Part shown: piece after piece, positions 51,270 to 60,893 of the stretch
Layout: every line of letters begins with the position of its first letter
Numbering within the stretch: the first letter of the stretch is position 1
The notes under the pieces: generated by a model
The model's input: the letters and a program-made list of their open reading frames with translations, nothing else
Databases searched by the model: none
Told to the model about the DNA's origin: nothing
Program-made: the position numbers and the translations under genes
From: Gammaproteobacteria bacterium
GTDB taxonomy: Bacteria; Pseudomonadota; Gammaproteobacteria; Eutrophobiales; Eutrophobiaceae
Reading direction: 5' to 3'
Assembly: GCA_965222155.1 (NCBI GenBank)
Contig: CBDCTH010000004.1
Span: forward strand, 352,001-416,000
DNA: 64,000 nt

Positions 51270-51942
51270 AATTTGGGACACCCATAAATTCATTTTATGG
51301 GTGTCCTGAATTAATGGGTGTCCTGAATTAATGGGTGTCCTGAATTAATGGGTGTCCTGAATTAATGGGTGTCCTGAATTAATGGGTGTCCTGAATTAAT
51401 GGGTGTCCTGAATTAATGGGTGTCCTGAATTAATGGGTGTCCTGAATTAATGGGTGTCCTGAATTAATGGGTGTCCTGAATTAATGGGTGTCCTGAATTA
51501 ATGGGTGTCCTGAATTAATGGGTGTCCTGAATTAATGGGTGTCCTGAATTAATGGGTGTCCTGAATTAATGGGTGTCCTGAATTAAATTAATGCCTTGTT
51601 GAACATTACAAACTCATGGGTGTCCTGAATTAATGGGTGGAATTATGGGTGTCCTGAATTAATGGGTGTCCTGAATTAATGGGTGTCCTGAATTAATGGG
51701 TGTCCTGAATTAATGGGTGTCCTGAATTAATGGGTGTCCTGAATTAATGGGTGTCCTGAATTAATGGGTGTCCTGAATTAATGGGTGTCCTGAATTAATG
51801 GGTGTCCTGAATTAATGGGTGTCCTGAATTAATGGGTGTCCTGAATTAATGGGTGTCCTGAATTAATGGGTGTCCTGAATTAATGGGTGTCCTGAATTAA
51901 TGGGTGTCCTGAATTAATGCCTTGTTGAACATTACAAACTCA
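51270..51942. repeat. Family-1 element: one left arm, then 34 tandem 17-bp units ATGGGTGTCCTGAATTA interrupted by a copy of the downstream flank
   Basis: 17 units at 51297-51585, 1 at 51616, 16 at 51645-51916; ATGCCTTGTTGAACATTACAAACTCA at 51591 and 51917. Confidence 0.95.
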
Positions 51943-51982
51943 CTGGTTATAATAGTCCCAATTTAGGACATGATATTGGATT

Positions 51983-52285
51983 ATGAGGATTATCGCGCTC
52001 CCGACGCTCAAGAAGTTCTGGGAGCAGAGCCCTGCATATACGGATGCGGCTGAGCCGGTCCGGGCCTGGTATCGGCATGCATTACGAGCTGACTGGGCCT
52101 CACCCGCTGATGTCAAACAGGATTTTGGCAATGCCAGTATTCTGAAGGACGGACGAGTGGTGTTTAATATAGCCGGTAACAAGTATCGGCTGGTTGTCTG
52201 GATTAATTACGCTTATCGAGTGGTTTACATACGGTTTATCGGAACACACGCCCAATATGATCAAATCGACGCACAAGTTATTTAG
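51983..52285 (+). CDS. higB: HigB-family toxin
   Basis: MRIIALPTLKKFW, VVFNIAGNKYRLVV, FIGTHAQYD. Confidence 0.9.
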   Translation: MRIIALPTLKKFWEQSPAYTDAAEPVRAWYRHALRADWASPADVKQDFGNASILKDGRVVFNIAGNKYRLVVWINYAYRVVYIRFIGTHAQYDQIDAQVI

Positions 52286-52300
52286 CCTCTGGAGGAACAA

Positions 52301-52684
52301 GTGATGGACGTTAAACCCATCAAAACCGATGCCGACTATCAAGCGGCGCTGCAAGAGATAGCAACGCTGATGACGGCGCGATTGGATTCACCGGAGGGTG
52401 AAAGGCTGGATGTATTGACGACACTGGTTGAGGCTTATGAACGGAAGCATTATCCGCTTGAATTACCCGACCCGGTGGCAGCCATCAAGTTTGAAATGGA
52501 ACAAAAGGGTCTAACGGCCAAAGATCTGGAACCGATGATTGGCAGGAGAAACCGGGTCTATGAAGTTTTGAATCGCAAACGTTCACTTACCCTTAAAATG
52601 ATTTGGCGCCTGCATGAGCAGCTAGGCATCCCTGCCGAGTCATTAATCAAACAGGCCCCTGGTCCGGATAACCAGGCCGCATAA
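52301..52684 (+). CDS. higA: HigA-family HTH antitoxin
   Basis: PIKTDADYQAAL, LVEAYE, PDPVAAI, EVLNRKRSLTL. Confidence 0.9.
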   Translation: MMDVKPIKTDADYQAALQEIATLMTARLDSPEGERLDVLTTLVEAYERKHYPLELPDPVAAIKFEMEQKGLTAKDLEPMIGRRNRVYEVLNRKRSLTLKMIWRLHEQLGIPAESLIKQAPGPDNQAA

Positions 52685-52751
52685 ACGCTTTATCCAGACC
52701 TGGACGGTAACGTTCTGGATGACGAAGCTAACAAATTATGTGTTTGACTTG

Positions 52752-54029
52752 ATGGCCACACCGGTCTGCCGCCAGTGTCTTTTGCCGTTCCTCCTGCCCG
52801 GCATTGCCCCATCCATCGCTTTGGGCAACGAAGCATCAGGCACACAAGTTCCCGACCCTGAAGCGCCCGGGCTAACCTGGTCCATCGCCCGCTACGAAAC
52901 GCGTATTGCCGAACTGGAGGCCGCCGAAGGTCCCCATGCAGCCGAGCTGGTTGAAGCCCACTCCAGCCTGGGCATGCTCTACCAGCGGGCCGGAGACCAC
53001 GGCCAGGCGATTGCAGTATTGCGGGACGCCCTGCAGTCGGCGCGCGTCAACGATGGGCTGCACAATATGAGCCAGGTCGCCATCCTGGAGGCCATCATCG
53101 ACAGCCAGGTCGCCCTGAGCGCCAGGGATGATCTGCGGCGCAACTATGAATACCTGTTCTGGCTGTACCAGCGCAACTACGGCGATTACAGCGCCGGCCT
53201 GGTGCCGGTGATCAAGAGGGTGGGGCAGTGGTACTTCGACCTCTACAACTTCAGCCCCCCGAACACCACGGTGGAACCCCTGATCGCGGCGGACGCCCTG
53301 TATGCCAAGGCGCTGAAAATCCTCCCGGGGGATGCGCCGTCCCGGGACCGGGCAGACATCTTATATAAGGTGGCCGTCATCAACCACCACGTCGCTGAGG
53401 ACGTGCAGGCCCCGATGCTGTCCCACCGGGAAATACGGGAAGCCATGATCCCCCACGGCCGGGGCAGCCCCTACCTCAACGAAACGGCCGTGCGCCAGTA
53501 CTACGCCGACCAGAGCTTCCACAAGGGCAAGCGCTCGCTGAAGCGCATCATCGAGACCTATGAGAAAACCCTGCCCGACGGCATCATGGACTACACCCGG
53601 GCGCTGGTATTCATGGGCGACTGGCTGACCGTGCAACGCCGGGTCCTGGAGGGCGCCCGCCTGTACCAGCGCGCCTGGGCCGCCCTGAAAGAACACAACG
53701 CCGACCCGGCGCAGGTGGATGAACTGTTCGGCGAACCGCAACCCATAGAGCAACTCCCCATCCCGGGCGAGCCGGAGCCGCAAGTCGGCGCCGACAACTA
53801 CTACGTGGATGCCCTGCTGGACGTACCCGAGTCAGGCTGGCCCACCAACATCAGGATACAGGCCATCCACCCGCCCGGCGAAACCACCCTGATCCAGCGC
53901 GCCGAACGCGGTATCGCCGCCACCCGCTACCGCCCCCGCTACTGCAACGGCCAACCGGTCGTCACCAGCGACGTCCCCCTGCGCTTCATCTTCAAGCACA
54001 AAGACCAACCCGGCTGGCTGCATTATTAA
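52752..54029 (+). CDS. Exported TPR-like protein with TonB C-terminal-like domain, copy 1
   Basis: Signal-like N-terminus, helical repeats (LGMLYQRAGDHGQAIAVL), C-terminal RYRPRY.NGQPV. Confidence 0.6.
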   Translation: MATPVCRQCLLPFLLPGIAPSIALGNEASGTQVPDPEAPGLTWSIARYETRIAELEAAEGPHAAELVEAHSSLGMLYQRAGDHGQAIAVLRDALQSARVNDGLHNMSQVAILEAIIDSQVALSARDDLRRNYEYLFWLYQRNYGDYSAGLVPVIKRVGQWYFDLYNFSPPNTTVEPLIAADALYAKALKILPGDAPSRDRADILYKVAVINHHVAEDVQAPMLSHREIREAMIPHGRGSPYLNETAVRQYYADQSFHKGKRSLKRIIETYEKTLPDGIMDYTRALVFMGDWLTVQRRVLEGARLYQRAWAALKEHNADPAQVDELFGEPQPIEQLPIPGEPEPQVGADNYYVDALLDVPESGWPTNIRIQAIHPPGETTLIQRAERGIAATRYRPRYCNGQPVVTSDVPLRFIFKHKDQPGWLHY

Positions 54030-54034
54030 ACCTC

Positions 54035-54098
54035 TAAATTCGGGACACCCATAAATTGATTTTGTGGGTGTCCCGAATTAATGGGTGTCCCAAATTAA
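54035..54098. repeat. Family-1 hairpin element
   Basis: TTCGGGACACCCATAAA...TTTGTGGGTGTCCCGAA, plus an extra right arm. Confidence 0.9.
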
Positions 54099-54158
54099 TG
54101 CGTGAGCAGGAAAGCGGGCAGGACCAGGCCGGTTAAAATGGCAACACGTTGCACGGCA

Positions 54159-54633
54159 TTAACCACTTTGCGCCAGAACCAGGGAGAAATAGCGGTTGTC
54201 CGGCTCAAAATGACGGATGACGTCAAGTCCGAATTCGTCCAGCAGTGTCTCCAATTCATCATGGTCAAACTTGTAACTCAATTCGGTCAGTATCTTCTCA
54301 CCGCGTGCCAGCCGGATGCTCAAATCCAGCCTGCCCAGAGTAATCTGCTGGTCCAGTCCGGATACCAGGTACATCTCAATCCTGTGCAACTCATTATTAT
54401 AGAAAGCCAAATGCGCGAAATTATCCGCGCGGAAGGCCGCGTCCAGTTCCCGGTTGAGCACCCGCAACACGTTCAGGTTGAACTCGGCGGTAATCCTCTG
54501 GGCATCGTTATAGGCGGCATGCAGCACGTCATTGTCTTTTATCCGGTCTGCCCCCAGCAGCAGAAAATCGCCCGGCTGCATGCGCCGGCGGATGTCGCCG
54601 ATGAAGGCGCGTACCTCGGGGGGGGGGGGGGGG
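54159..54633 (-). pseudogene. egtD: Diverged duplicate of the egtD 3' half, truncated at a G16 tract
   Basis: PEVRAFIGDIRRRMQPGDFLLLGADRIKD...FSLVLAQSG*, paralogous to 50208-50670. Confidence 0.85.
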
Positions 54634-54644
54634 TAAATCCGGGA

Positions 54645-54847
54645 TAAATTCAGGACACCCATAAAATGGGGCAAATTCGGGACATCCATAAAATAGGGGT
54701 CAATCCAGGGGGATAAATTTGGGAGGGTAAATTTAGGAGGTAAATTTAGGACACCCATAAAATGGGCAAGAATAAATCCTGGACACCCACGAAATATTTT
54801 ATGGATGTCCTGAATCTATGGGTGTCCTAAATTTGCGTCCTGAATTG
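54645..54847. repeat. Family-1 element cluster
   Basis: Several GGACAYCCAY left arms, then ATGGRTGTCC right arms. Confidence 0.88.
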
Positions 54848-54882
54848 CGACCTATAATATCCAGGGGATACTGACAGATTTG

Positions 54883-55140
54883 TTACTCGTAATGATATCT
54901 GAGTTGAGCGATATACAAGTTATTACCGGCAACCTTGTAGACAATTCTATGCTCGTCATTGATCCGTCTGGACCAATAGCCCGTCAGGTTATGTCTCAGT
55001 GCTTCGGGTTTACCAATTCCTGCAAAGGGATCGCGCTGGATAGCCTTGATCAATGTGTTTATTCGCTTCAGCGTTGCTTTGTCCGTTTTCTGCCAGTAAA
55101 GGTAATTCTCCCATGCCGTGGAAGAAAACGTGAGTTTCAT
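54883..55140 (-). CDS. yoeB: Txe/YoeB toxin
   Basis: AWENYLYWQ, GIGKPEAL, WSRRINDEHR, RYHY. Confidence 0.93.
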   Translation of the reverse strand: MKLTFSSTAWENYLYWQKTDKATLKRINTLIKAIQRDPFAGIGKPEALRHNLTGYWSRRINDEHRIVYKVAGNNLYIAQLRYHYE

Positions 55141-55388
55141 TCAATAAGTTCCCGTTCCGTGCCCTTTCCGGCTTCCAGTTCGGCGATGGATTCCAGCAGG
55201 CGCCTTGAATTGGCCGGGGCTCGCAGCAGATAGGCGGTTTCTTCCAAGGCCTGATAATCATCCAGGGACAGCATGACCACGGCCGATTCCCGCTTACGGG
55301 TAATAATGATGGGGGTATGGTCGTTGCATACTTTTTCCATCGTCTTCGCCAGGTTCGCCCGGGCAGCGGTGTAACTAATAGCATCCAT
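55137..55388 (-). CDS. yefM: YefM antitoxin
   Basis: MDAISYTAARANLA, LEETAYLLR. Confidence 0.93.
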   Translation of the reverse strand: MDAISYTAARANLAKTMEKVCNDHTPIIITRKRESAVVMLSLDDYQALEETAYLLRAPANSRRLLESIAELEAGKGTERELIE

Positions 55389-55407
55389 ATCAGCCTCCGG
55401 TTTCTAT

Positions 55408-55425
55408 TGTACAGGATAATGTACG
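55408..55425. promoter_or_regulatory. YefM-YoeB operator candidate
   Basis: TGTACA and TGTACG cores 12 bp apart upstream of yefM, as in the E. coli yefM-yoeB operator. Confidence 0.6.
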
Positions 55426-55466
55426 TATATCCTACACGCAAAAGCAAATGATGATCAACCCGTTAC

Positions 55467-55568
55467 AAATTCAGGACACCCATAAAATGGGACAAATCCG
55501 GGACACCCACAAAATATTTTGTAGATACCCTTAATTTATGGGTGTCCTGAATTAGCTTCCTGAATTAG
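55467..55568. repeat. Family-1 element cluster
   Basis: Two left arms and one right arm with partial duplication. Confidence 0.88.
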
Positions 55569-55686
55569 CTGTCTTTCGCATTGACAGGAGCCTGAACAGA
55601 ATTAATACTGTCGATAACATTCGATATCCTTGACAACAGGTTTCGGGTTGGAGAATGGTTAATGCAATGAGGCACAAAACAGGTAA

Positions 55687-55920
55687 ATGGATTTTGAGAT
55701 TATCAGCATTATTCGTCATTCTGAAACCATCGCACAAGGCTTCAGGATTCGCGAGTTGAAACGCCTGCAGAAGATATATGGATCAGGCCGGTGGCGAAAA
55801 CGTAAAGGTGAAACTACTGTCAGGCTGGCTGATGGAACCATATTGGGTGCAGAAGTTCACTGGTACGAAGCTCACGGTATAGGAAAACGTGAATTCAAGA
55901 TTAAACGGTATCTGAAATAA
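55687..55920 (+). CDS. Small basic hypothetical protein (first gene of a two-gene module)
   Basis: 77 aa; AGGT RBS; YGSGRWRKRKG...AEVHWYEAHGIG. Confidence 0.7.
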   Translation: MDFEIISIIRHSETIAQGFRIRELKRLQKIYGSGRWRKRKGETTVRLADGTILGAEVHWYEAHGIGKREFKIKRYLK

Positions 55921-55925
55921 CACTC

Positions 55926-56135
55926 ATGGCAAATACAAAATTTGCGGTCTGTATTGATAACTCAGGTTACGAGGCATCTCTGGAGCGTCGAAAATTATAT
56001 CAACTGATCCCGGATGATGAGGCGGCAAAACATCATCAGTTGCGGGTCACGGATGAGTCAGGGGAAGATTATCTCTATCCGGAATCCTGTTTTGTGACTG
56101 CGGCCTTGCCCGAAGCAAAGAAAGCGGCAACATAA
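55926..56135 (+). CDS. Small hypothetical protein (second gene of the module)
   Basis: 69 aa; FAVCIDNSGYEASLE...RVTDESGEDYLYP; 5 bp after the partner gene. Confidence 0.7.
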   Translation: MANTKFAVCIDNSGYEASLERRKLYQLIPDDEAAKHHQLRVTDESGEDYLYPESCFVTAALPEAKKAAT

Positions 56136-56199
56136 TATAACCAAATCACCTCTGGTTATACCGGACAACCCCGTCATACCGAAAGAATCAGCCCGGTAT

Positions 56200-56260
56200 A
56201 AATCCGGGACACCCACGAAATATTTTGTGGATGTCCTGAATTTATGGATGTCCTGAATTT
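56200..56260. repeat. Family-1 hairpin element
   Basis: GGACACCCACGAAATATTTTGTGGATGTCC plus an extra right arm. Confidence 0.85.
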
Positions 56261-56310
56261 GCCACTGGCATGGTAGTATCTTATATATTAAAAAGTATGC
56301 ATCCGCCCTG

Positions 56311-57606
56311 ATGACCGAACCCGTCTGCCGATATTTTTTGCCATTGCTTGTTATCGGCATTGTTCCATCCTTCTCTCCGGCCAACGAGCCGGCAGACATC
56401 CACCGCCCTGACTCTACTGTCGCTACACAAGCCCCCTCCGATCCCGGGCTGACCCGGTCCATCGCAAGCTATGAAACCCGCATTGCCGAACTGGAGGCTG
56501 CCGGAGGACCTCATGCAGCCGAGCTCGTCGAAGCCCACTCCAGCCTGGGCATGCTCTACCAGCGGGCCGGAGACCACGGCCAGGCGATTGCAGTATTGCG
56601 GGACGCCCTGCAGTCGGCGCGCGTCAACGATGGGCTGCACAGCATGAGCCAGGTCGCCATCCTGGAGGCCATCATCGACAGCCAGGTTGCCCTGGGCGCC
56701 AGGGATGATCTGCGGCGCAACTATGAATACCTGTTCTGGCTGTACCAGCGCAATTACGGCGATCACAGCGCCGGCCTGGTGCCGGTGATCAAGAGGGTGG
56801 GCCAGTGGTACTTCGACCTCTACAACTTCAGCCCCCCGAACACCACGGTGGAACCCCTGATCGCGGCGGACGACCTGTATGCCAAAGCGCTGAAAATCCT
56901 CCCGGAGGATGCGCCGCCCCGGGACCGGGCAGACATCTTATATAAGGTGGCCGTCATCAACCACCACGTCGCTGAGGACGTGCAGGCCCCGATGCTGTCC
57001 CACCGGGAAATACGGGAAGCCATGATCCCCCACGGCCGGAGCAGCCCCTACCTCAACGAAACGGCCGTGCGCCAGTACTACGCCGACCAGAGCTTCCACA
57101 AGGGCAAGCGCTCGCTGAAGCGCATCATCGAGACCTATGAGAAAACCCTGCCCGACGGCATCATGGACTACACCCGGGCGCTGGTATTCATGGGCGACTG
57201 GCTGACCGTGCAACGCCGGGTCCTGGAGGGCGCCCGCCTGTACCAGCGCGCCTGGGCCGCCCTGAAAGAACACGACGCCGACCTGGCGCTGGTGGATGAG
57301 TTATTCGGCGAACCGCAACCCATAGAGCAACTCCCCATCCCGGGCGAGCCGGAGCCGCAAGTCGGCGCCGACAACTACTACGTGGATGCCCTGCTGGACG
57401 TACCCGAGTCAGGCTGGCCCACCAACATCAGGATACAGGCCATCCACCCGCCCGAACAGACCACCCTGGTCCGCCGCGCCGAGCGCGGCATCGCCGCCAC
57501 CCGCTACCGCCCCCGCTACCGCAACGGCCAACCGGTCGCCAGCACCGACGTCCCCCTGCGCTTCATCTTCAAGCACAAAGACCAACCCGGCTGGCTGCAT
57601 TATTAA
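56311..57606 (+). CDS. Exported TPR-like protein with TonB C-terminal-like domain, copy 2
   Basis: Near-identical to 52752-54029 apart from the N-terminal ~45 aa. Confidence 0.6.
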   Translation: MTEPVCRYFLPLLVIGIVPSFSPANEPADIHRPDSTVATQAPSDPGLTRSIASYETRIAELEAAGGPHAAELVEAHSSLGMLYQRAGDHGQAIAVLRDALQSARVNDGLHSMSQVAILEAIIDSQVALGARDDLRRNYEYLFWLYQRNYGDHSAGLVPVIKRVGQWYFDLYNFSPPNTTVEPLIAADDLYAKALKILPEDAPPRDRADILYKVAVINHHVAEDVQAPMLSHREIREAMIPHGRSSPYLNETAVRQYYADQSFHKGKRSLKRIIETYEKTLPDGIMDYTRALVFMGDWLTVQRRVLEGARLYQRAWAALKEHDADLALVDELFGEPQPIEQLPIPGEPEPQVGADNYYVDALLDVPESGWPTNIRIQAIHPPEQTTLVRRAERGIAATRYRPRYRNGQPVASTDVPLRFIFKHKDQPGWLHY

Positions 57607-57611
57607 ACCTC

Positions 57612-57719
57612 TAAATTCGGGACACCCATAAATTGGGTTTGGGAGGGATGAATTTGGGACACCCATGAATTGAATTTATGGGTGTCCTGAAATTGGAAAT
57701 TAATGGGTGTCCTGAATTA
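57612..57719. repeat. Family-1 element cluster
   Basis: Two left arms and two right arms. Confidence 0.88.
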
Positions 57720-57822
57720 CTCTGCCATTTGACATCATAATTCACTATGTAACTTACAAAATACATAATATTTTCACTTTTTGACTTCATTTTTCCAGTA
57801 AACCCCGTATAATGACCATAAA

Positions 57823-58998
57823 ATGAATTCAAAACCCCCGTTCATGTTCGAAAGACTCATTAAAAAACCGCTGGAATCACGCAAAAGTTTTTTTCTCTTC
57901 GGCCCAAGAGGGACCGGCAAGACCACCTGGTTGAAACACCATCTCCCCGATGCGCTGTTTATTAACCTGCTCCAATCTGAATTCTACAATCGCCTGACTG
58001 CGAACCCCGGATACCTCAGAGAGTTCATTCCCCCCGACTACACAAAGCGGGTTATTATTGACGAGATACAGCGTATCCCTGCGCTGCTGAACGAAGTACA
58101 TGACCTGATCGAATCAAGAAAACTGGACTTTGTCCTGACCGGTTCAAGCGCCAGGGCGTTAAGACGGAAAGGGGTCAACCTGTTAGCCGGCCGTGCCCTG
58201 ACGTATGCCATGCACCCGTTGACGGTGACTGAGCAGCAGGACGCATTCGACCTGCGCAAATCCATACGGCTCGGCCATTTACCCGCCCGGTTCAACGAGA
58301 ACGACCCTGGCAAATATCTCAAGGACTACGTGCAGACATACCTCAGGGAAGAAGTCATGCAGGAGGGCCTGACCCGCAACATCGGCCACTTTTCCCGATT
58401 TCTGGAAGTAGCCAGCTTCTCCCAGGGAACAACGGTCAATATCAGCGCCGTAGCACGCGAGGCACAGGTCGAGCGACCGGTTGCGGAGAACTATTTCTCC
58501 ATATTGGAAGACCTGCTCATAGCCGTGCGCCTGCCGGTATTCAGCCGCAAGGCAAAAAGAAAACTCATCACACACAATAAATTTTATTTTTTCGATGTCG
58601 GCGTGTATCGAGCGATACGGCCCGTCGGACCCCTGGACTCCGATGCAGAACTGGACGGTCCTGCATTGGAAACACTGGTGCTCCAGGAACTCAGGGCGCT
58701 GAACGATTATTTGGAATGCGATTACCGGATATACTTCTGGCGCACACGAACCAACCTGGAAATCGATTTTGTCCTGTACGGGCCGCGCGGCCTGCTGGCA
58801 ATCGAGATTAAACGCTCGGCGCATGTCCAATTCAAACAGACACGATCGTTGCGGGAATTCAAAAAAGATTATCCCCCCGCCAGGTGCTACGTGTTCTACG
58901 GTGGAACCACTCCCCGATACATGGAAGACGTCACCGTGCTGCCCATCGAATACGCACTGAAGAATCTAGACCGGATGTTAACGGACAACCTGAACTGA
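57823..58998 (+). CDS. AAA+ ATPase with DUF4143 C-terminal domain
   Basis: GPRGTGKT, IDEIQ, LTGSS, KFYFFDVG, EIDF...AIEIK. Confidence 0.88.
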   Translation: MNSKPPFMFERLIKKPLESRKSFFLFGPRGTGKTTWLKHHLPDALFINLLQSEFYNRLTANPGYLREFIPPDYTKRVIIDEIQRIPALLNEVHDLIESRKLDFVLTGSSARALRRKGVNLLAGRALTYAMHPLTVTEQQDAFDLRKSIRLGHLPARFNENDPGKYLKDYVQTYLREEVMQEGLTRNIGHFSRFLEVASFSQGTTVNISAVAREAQVERPVAENYFSILEDLLIAVRLPVFSRKAKRKLITHNKFYFFDVGVYRAIRPVGPLDSDAELDGPALETLVLQELRALNDYLECDYRIYFWRTRTNLEIDFVLYGPRGLLAIEIKRSAHVQFKQTRSLREFKKDYPPARCYVFYGGTTPRYMEDVTVLPIEYALKNLDRMLTDNLN

Positions 58999-59112
58999 TA
59001 TGGGTGTCCCGAATTTATGGGTGTCCTGAATTAGCTTCCCGTCCTGAACTAGCCCTTAGAAAGATTCAGGGACGGGTATCAACCCGTCCGTAATTCATGG
59101 GTGTCCTAAATT
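58999..59112. repeat. Family-1 right arms
   Basis: Three ATGGGTGTCC copies after the ATPase stop. Confidence 0.85.
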
Positions 59113-59119
59113 AAGGGTT

Positions 59120-59341
59120 CTAACAGTTAGCGGAAAACTCATCAACGGTAAGGCCGGCAGAGCGAATCAGGCTCCTCAAAGTTCCTTTGGCAACCTCCTT
59201 GTGGTCAGGCACAGAAAGCGTCGCTATTTCTCCTTCTTTTGTCATAATAATGTGGCTGCTTCTCCGGCGCGCCACGTTCCAACCAAAGCCCTTGAAAATC
59301 CGCACAACTTCCTGCCCACTTAAAGAGGGTAATACTGCCAC
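59120..59341 (-). CDS. hicA: HicA toxin
   Basis: GWNVARRRSSHIIM, SVPDHKEVAKGTLRSLI. Confidence 0.9.
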   Translation of the reverse strand: MAVLPSLSGQEVVRIFKGFGWNVARRRSSHIIMTKEGEIATLSVPDHKEVAKGTLRSLIRSAGLTVDEFSANC

Positions 59342-59547
59342 TAAGCTGCGACCTCTATTTGCTGTGTCTCAATAGTTAACGGCAACCCCTTTTCTGCACG
59401 TACCTCAAGACAGAGAGCAATCGCTTCCTTAATATTGTCCAGTGCTTGCTCTCGGGTCTCACCCTGACTGACACAACCCGGAATCGCGGGACATTCAACA
59501 ATCCATACCCCATCTTCGTCCCGGTCAACCGTTATATTGAATTTCAT
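59341..59547 (-). CDS. hicB: HicB antitoxin (short form)
   Basis: ECPAIPGCVSQGETREQALDNIKEAI. Confidence 0.9.
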   Translation of the reverse strand: MKFNITVDRDEDGVWIVECPAIPGCVSQGETREQALDNIKEAIALCLEVRAEKGLPLTIETQQIEVAA

Positions 59548-59669
59548 AATCTTCTTGGCCCCCGGCCACTGAGTTCATCACATTTATGAAAAGCGTACTA
59601 AAAAACGATTCAAGGATAAACCAAGGGCGAAAAAGAACAACAATTTCATTTTCAGTTGAATTCCAAATC

Positions 59670-60060
59670 AGACTGGATGCCGGGTGAAGCCCGGCATGGC
59701 GACGGGGACGCCGGGTCACAGCAAATCCGGGACCAAATCCGGGACACCCATAAAATCGTTTTGTGGGTGTCCCGAATTAATGGGTGTCCTGAATTAATGG
59801 GTGTCCTGAATTAATGGGTGTCCTGAATTAATGGGTGTCCTAATGGGTGTCCTGAATTAATGTCCTGAATTAATGGGTGTCCCGAATTAATGGGTGTCCT
59901 GAATTAATGGGTGTGAATTAATGGGTGTCCCGAATTAATGGGTGTCCCGAATTAATGGGTGTCCCGAATGAATTAATGGGTGTCCCGAATTAATGGGTGT
60001 CCCGAATTAATGGGTGTCCCGAATTAAGGGTGTCCCGAATTAATGGGTGTCCCGAATTAG
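59670..60060. repeat. Family-2 REP, then family-1 hairpin with a degenerate 17-bp tandem array (~16 units with internal deletions)
   Basis: ATGGGTGTCC(C/T)GAATTA units from ~59764 to 60059, including truncated units. Confidence 0.92.
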
Positions 60061-60074
60061 CTTTCCCAAGTCGC

Positions 60075-60608
60075 TCAGCCAAACACCCGCGGCACAAAAC
60101 CCACGTCGTTGGTGATACTTGCGCTGCTGCCGGTGGCCCGGATCACATACAGGCCCTGCCGTTGCGCATACACCTGTACGGACGCATCCGCCTTTAGGTA
60201 TGCCACCGCACCGTAGATCTTCTTTCCTTTGTAGACTGGCGCATAATCCGTGAACTTGCCCAGCTTCTCAAGAAACTGCGCCACGTCCTCTGCGCGCAGC
60301 GTGGTCTTTACCTCCACTACCACCACTTCTTCACCATTCTCAGCCAGGATATCAAACTCAAAATGCTCGCCATTACGCCGGCCATTCAATCGGGTATGCG
60401 TGGACCGTACGGTTATCCCTCGGGCGTGCAACAAGGGAACCAGGTCACCTTCCACCAGGCTCTCCATCAGTGCGCCCCACTGGCTGGTAAATAACCCTTC
60501 CAGCTTTTTCATCCGCCGGTTGGCCTCCTTGTGCTCATTGGACACCTCGCGCAGGATGGCCCGGATTTCTTCGAAGGTGGCGGGTTCACGTTGCAGTTCT
60601 TTTTCCAT
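60075..60608 (-). CDS. Coiled-coil plus PD-(D/E)xK nuclease-like protein (DUF3782-like)
   Basis: WGALMESLV, EFDILAENGEEVVVVEVK, GLYVIRATG. Confidence 0.7.
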   Translation of the reverse strand: MEKELQREPATFEEIRAILREVSNEHKEANRRMKKLEGLFTSQWGALMESLVEGDLVPLLHARGITVRSTHTRLNGRRNGEHFEFDILAENGEEVVVVEVKTTLRAEDVAQFLEKLGKFTDYAPVYKGKKIYGAVAYLKADASVQVYAQRQGLYVIRATGSSASITNDVGFVPRVFG

Positions 60609-60792
60609 GATGCATTTCTCCTTATCAGTTCAGGTGGCGTTCACGAATAGCGCGGAGCCGGGCATGTAATACAAACCCGTCCCCGTGTCAGACATATTAT
60701 TATAGATAACGCGAAATAAGCAAATTCAGGATAAGCAAATTCAGGACACCCATAAATTCACTTTGCAGAAAGAACCGGGCCAGGCTTCAACC

Positions 60793-60893
60793 CGTCATAC
60801 CGGCCACCCCCCCTCGTCATACTCGTCATACCCCCCCTCTCGTCATACCGCCACCCCCCTCTCGTCATACCGCCCCCCTCTCGTCATACCGGC
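60793..60893. repeat. Tandem degenerate family-2 left arms CGTCATACC(G)CCCCCCCT x5-6
   Basis: Read directly. Confidence 0.8.

Noticed and set aside
51297-51916. CRISPR array
   Set aside because: Head-to-tail units with no unique spacers (the one insert copies the flank); no cas genes in the window
52752-57606. Diversity-generating retroelement (TR/VR pair) explanation for the duplicated genes
   Set aside because: No reverse transcriptase in the window; whole genes are duplicated and differences are not confined to adenines
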